Source: an uncultured delta proteobacterium
GTDB taxonomy: Bacteria; Desulfobacterota; Binatia; UBA9968
Assembly (NCBI GenBank): GCA_963745835.1
Contig: CAVUZH010000024.1
Span: 256,001-320,000 of the forward strand
Reading direction: 5' to 3'
Length of the DNA: 64,000 bases
Positions 60,563 to 64,000 of the stretch are shown one piece after another (the first letter of the stretch is position 1; each line of letters starts with the position of its first letter). The notes under the pieces are model-generated. The model had not been told where the DNA came from, did no database searches, and saw only the letters and a list, made by a program, of their open reading frames with translations. The position numbers and the translations under genes were made by a program.

Positions 60563-61567
60563 ATGATGACCATCATCATGCAAACCTCATCAATAATCTT
60601 CTCGTTGATTTTACTGCTCATGGCGAGCGTCACCGGCAAATGCGTGTACGCGCAGGAACGCATCCGCATTGCCACCGCCGGCGGGCTCTCGATTGTTCCG
60701 GTGTGGGTGATGCAGGACAAGGGACTGCTGACGAAGCGCGGCGTGACCGCGGAAATCGTGCAAATCGCCTCGAGCCCGGTGGCGATTCAAGCCATGCTCT
60801 CGGGAGAGGTCGAAGCCATCGTCACTTCGGCAGCCACCTTGGTAACTTCCCGCCTGGCCGGAGCCGACGTCACCATGATCATGTCAACCACGCCTACCTT
60901 TCCGTCGGTTCTGATGGCTGCCAAAAGCATCACGGATGTCCATCAACTCAGAGGTAAAGCCGGCGGCGTCAATCGGTTCGGCAGCAATACGGATTTCGGT
61001 TTACGCCTTGTCTTGCGCAAGAACGCCATCGATCCGGACAAGGACGTCAGGCTCATTCAAGTCGGCGGCACCGCGCAGATGGTTGCGGCGATTTCACGAG
61101 GGTTGATCCAGTTCGCGCTTTTCAACGAGCCATTCGTCCGCGAGGCGGAAAAACTCGGCTTTAAAACGCTCATCGATGTGCCAGCGCAGAAGATCCCCTT
61201 CCACTGGAACGGCGTCCTGACCAAGGAGTCGGCGCTCAAAGCTCGACGCCCGGTTTTTTCCCGCCTGACCTTGGCGTTGACCGAAGCCATCTATGTTTAC
61301 AAGACGGAGAAAGAGTGGACCAAGGCGCTGATCGGCAGGTATCTCAAAGTAAACGATGCCGAAAGCCTGGAACGGGCTTACAACAGCTTGAAAACGATTT
61401 TACCCGAAACGCCGTCTCCGACGGCTGACGGGGTGAAGACTTTGCTCGATGATATCGCGGCTAAAAATCCCAAGGCTGCAGCGGCCAACCCGAGAGACTT
61501 CGTCGATATGAGCTTCGTCGAAGAAGTAGAAAGATCTGGATTTATCAAGCAGCTCTATGGCCGTTAG
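60563..61567 (+). CDS. Substrate-binding protein, NMT1/THI5-SsuA family
   Basis: Signal peptide, LRGKAGGVNRFGS, DMSFVEEVERSGFIKQLY. Confidence 0.9.
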   Translation: MMTIIMQTSSIIFSLILLLMASVTGKCVYAQERIRIATAGGLSIVPVWVMQDKGLLTKRGVTAEIVQIASSPVAIQAMLSGEVEAIVTSAATLVTSRLAGADVTMIMSTTPTFPSVLMAAKSITDVHQLRGKAGGVNRFGSNTDFGLRLVLRKNAIDPDKDVRLIQVGGTAQMVAAISRGLIQFALFNEPFVREAEKLGFKTLIDVPAQKIPFHWNGVLTKESALKARRPVFSRLTLALTEAIYVYKTEKEWTKALIGRYLKVNDAESLERAYNSLKTILPETPSPTADGVKTLLDDIAAKNPKAAAANPRDFVDMSFVEEVERSGFIKQLYGR

Positions 61568-61594
61568 CGGCCAGTTGCCGCAAGCTTTTCCGGA

Positions 61595-61882
61595 TTAATC
61601 TAATCGGCGAGATCTATCTGCTTCTTTTTCACCGAAGCTAGACGAGAGCATTCCGAGCCTTCTCATTTGCCAATTGATTGCACGCCAAGCGCTGCCGCAA
61701 TGCTGCTGCGCGAGTTCCAGAATCTCTGCCGCCTCGATCTCGTCACACGTCATTGCGACGAGTTCAGGCTGGTGACTGGCGGACTGAGCGCCAGCCAAAA
61801 CAGAGCACGCCTGCGAGTTCTCGGCAGTAGTTCGAAGCAAACGCTCTTTTTCTTCGGCCTTCAGGATGATCTCAATCTTCAT
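61595..61882 (-). CDS. Hypothetical protein
   Basis: MKIEIILKAEEKE...CDEIEAAEILELAQQHC. Confidence 0.55.
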   Translation of the reverse strand: MKIEIILKAEEKERLLRTTAENSQACSVLAGAQSASHQPELVAMTCDEIEAAEILELAQQHCGSAWRAINWQMRRLGMLSSSFGEKEADRSRRLD

Positions 61883-61932
61883 AGGCAAGCCATAGTTTCC
61901 GGCACGAAACATCGTATCTCGGCGGCAGATGC

Positions 61933-62178
61933 TTATTTCTTCTTCGGCCTGCGGGAAGAGATCTTGGTGATTTTCGTTGTCTTTGCGACACGTGTGGGTG
62001 GTGAAGAGATACCGTTTGATGAGAGTTCAGCAAAAGCCAAATACCAGTGGCGTAGATCTTCGCCATCAGGCCTGCCTTCCTTCTCCCAGATATAATACGC
62101 CGCAACTTTGACTGACTCTTCAGCCATGTCAGCCGAACCCTGTCTTCCGGTAATTGTCCGAATAGTTTTTATAGCCAT
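61933..62178 (-). CDS. DUF2934 domain protein
   Basis: AYYIWEKEGRPDGEDLRHWYLA motif, basic tail. Confidence 0.8.
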   Translation of the reverse strand: MAIKTIRTITGRQGSADMAEESVKVAAYYIWEKEGRPDGEDLRHWYLAFAELSSNGISSPPTRVAKTTKITKISSRRPKKK

Positions 62179-62577
62179 GTGATGCCTTTCAGTAAAAATT
62201 AATTATCAATGTGGTTTATCACACACTCGAGTCGCGCGAAGTCTGCTACCTCCGGCGCCGACACCAAATCGTTTGATGATTCTTGGTTCTGTCCTGCGGA
62301 ATGGCCAATTCAGAAGAGATTATTCCCATAGAATTCGACATCGTTGACGGAAGGACAATCCGTGCCGGCATGAACGAGAGCAACTCTCATGCCGCGATCG
62401 GTGATCAAGAATCGCCAGAGACACGCTAGAGGATTAGGCTTTCAGCGAACGAATGCCTATTTTTCGTTCAAGCTATGCTTAAAAACTATTCATCAACTTG
62501 CGACAGCCGCTTCGAGCTCCAGCGAAGATGATGAGATTTATGATTCGAGACCGGCAGCACGGCTACGAATGGACTCC

Positions 62578-63759
62578 CTACTGCAAGAGCACTGCAGTCT
62601 GGCGCGCGATCACAGCTTCTTCATCGCTGGGAATTACAAAAACTTGGATTCGCGCTTGTGCGGCGGAAATACGCCCTTCAATTCCGACGATCGAATCGTT
62701 TTGCCCTTCATCGAGGAGCAGACCGCACCACTCCATGCCGCCGCAAATTTCTTTGCGGATAAACGGCAGGTGTTCGCCGATGCCGCCGCTAAAGATCACT
62801 GCATCGGCTCCGTGCAATGCCGCCAGGTAGGCGCCCAGATATTTGCGCGCGCGATAAGAGAACACGTCGATCGCCAGTCGAGCGCGCGGATTATCCTTGT
62901 AGACGGCAATCAGCTCGCGCATATCGCTGGATATTCCCGAGACCCCGAGTAAACCGGAGCCGGTGTTCAACAGATTCTCGACCTCATCGAGTCCCTCGTC
63001 ACGGGCTAAATGGATAACCAGTGCCGGATCCAGATCGCCGGAGCGAGTTCCCATCACTAGTCCTTCAAGCGGGGTGAAGCCCATCGAGGTATCGATCGAA
63101 ACGCCATTGCGAATCGCGCAAGCCGAGCAACCGTTGCCCAGATGTAAGGTGACGATGTTGATCCGGTCCGCCGGCTTTCCCGTCAGCTCGCCATAACGCA
63201 TGGCAGAGTACTGATGCGCCAGCCCATGGAAACCGTAACGGCGGAGATGATGCTTGGTGGATAGGTCGTAAGGCAGCGCATAGATCGCCGCGTTGTCCGG
63301 AATCGTCTGGTGAAAAGAAGTATCGAACGCCGCCACCATCGGCACCGCCGGCCCTAAGACTTTGCGGGCGGCGTGTATACCGCTGACGCTGCTCGGATTG
63401 TGGAGCGGCGCCAGATCGCAAAGTGAATCGAGGATTTTAATGACATCCTCATCGATGCGCACGGCCGACTTGAATTTATCGCCGCCGTGAACGATCCGAT
63501 GGCCGACGGCGTCCACCGAGCCCAAATCGGGATGCGAGCTCAACCACTCGATCACTTTTACCGTCGCCGCTTGGTGATTCTCCGCAACTAATTTTTCCTC
63601 GTACGCAGGCTCGCCGACGATCTCGAACTTATAAGATGACTCGCCACCGATCCGCTCGACCACGCCGCGCGCGAGCTTGCGCTCGACCGCCGAGCCACGG
63701 GTTTGGATTAACTGAAACTTGAGAGTTGAGCTGCCGCAGTTGAGGACGAGAACCTTCAT
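62578..63759 (-). CDS. ackA: Acetate/propionate kinase
   Basis: LVLNCGSSTLK, GHRIVHGG, LAPLHN, FDTSFH, YGFHG, HLGNG, DTSMGFTPLEGL. Confidence 0.95.
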   Translation of the reverse strand: MKVLVLNCGSSTLKFQLIQTRGSAVERKLARGVVERIGGESSYKFEIVGEPAYEEKLVAENHQAATVKVIEWLSSHPDLGSVDAVGHRIVHGGDKFKSAVRIDEDVIKILDSLCDLAPLHNPSSVSGIHAARKVLGPAVPMVAAFDTSFHQTIPDNAAIYALPYDLSTKHHLRRYGFHGLAHQYSAMRYGELTGKPADRINIVTLHLGNGCSACAIRNGVSIDTSMGFTPLEGLVMGTRSGDLDPALVIHLARDEGLDEVENLLNTGSGLLGVSGISSDMRELIAVYKDNPRARLAIDVFSYRARKYLGAYLAALHGADAVIFSGGIGEHLPFIRKEICGGMEWCGLLLDEGQNDSIVGIEGRISAAQARIQVFVIPSDEEAVIARQTAVLLQ

Positions 63760-64000
63760 GACGTGACTCTATCAGCTTGCCCTCGAAACTTCTTGCAGGC
63801 TGCTTATTAAAATAAATCCTGTTCACGTCGTGAAAACGTGATCGGCAATTACCAAACGCGACCAAATAGCACGATCCGCACATTGACACTCGATTTGCCT
63901 ATCATATAGGTTCTATATAACGACGGTTTGCTGAAGTACTCTGGCTACACGCCGACTCATGAATTTGCTTTACACAGCTCGAACGGCTCAAATGTTTGGA

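Overview
Bacterial chromosomal window with no rRNA, tRNA, CRISPR, integrase or transposase. Gene content and intergenic repeat families suggest a Deltaproteobacteria-like soil or groundwater lineage such as Ca. Binatia (inference only). It is a catabolic 'paralog farm': 13 solute-binding proteins (8 NMT1/THI5-SsuA type, 4 Fe/thiamine/polyamine type, 1 TctC/Bug type) with no permease or ATPase anywhere in 64 kb. These are interleaved with 5 amidohydrolase_2 enzymes, 3 atypical crotonase paralogs, an ADP-forming acyl-CoA ligase, 2 TPP enzymes, 2 ICL/PEP-mutase proteins, cupins, a tandem CaiB CoA-transferase, acuI plus prpC-prpD-prpB, a short MetE-like enzyme, an amidase with a GatC/AtzG-like partner, a sigma54-preceded kinase/pseudokinase/lipoprotein trio and ackA. 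A 2.3 kb toxin-antitoxin island (20.3-22.65 kb) and one SBP gene (32-33 kb) are each bracketed by duplicated gene 3' ends. Intergenic DNA is packed with MITE-like elements and 7/8/9-nt periodic palindromic repeats. Many single-base frameshifts, densest at 14.7-17 kb, look like long-read consensus errors. Several genes missing or fragmented in the ORF track were reconstructed by eye: a CDGSH Fe-S protein, a quinone-oxidoreductase remnant, a HepT stub and a GNAT.
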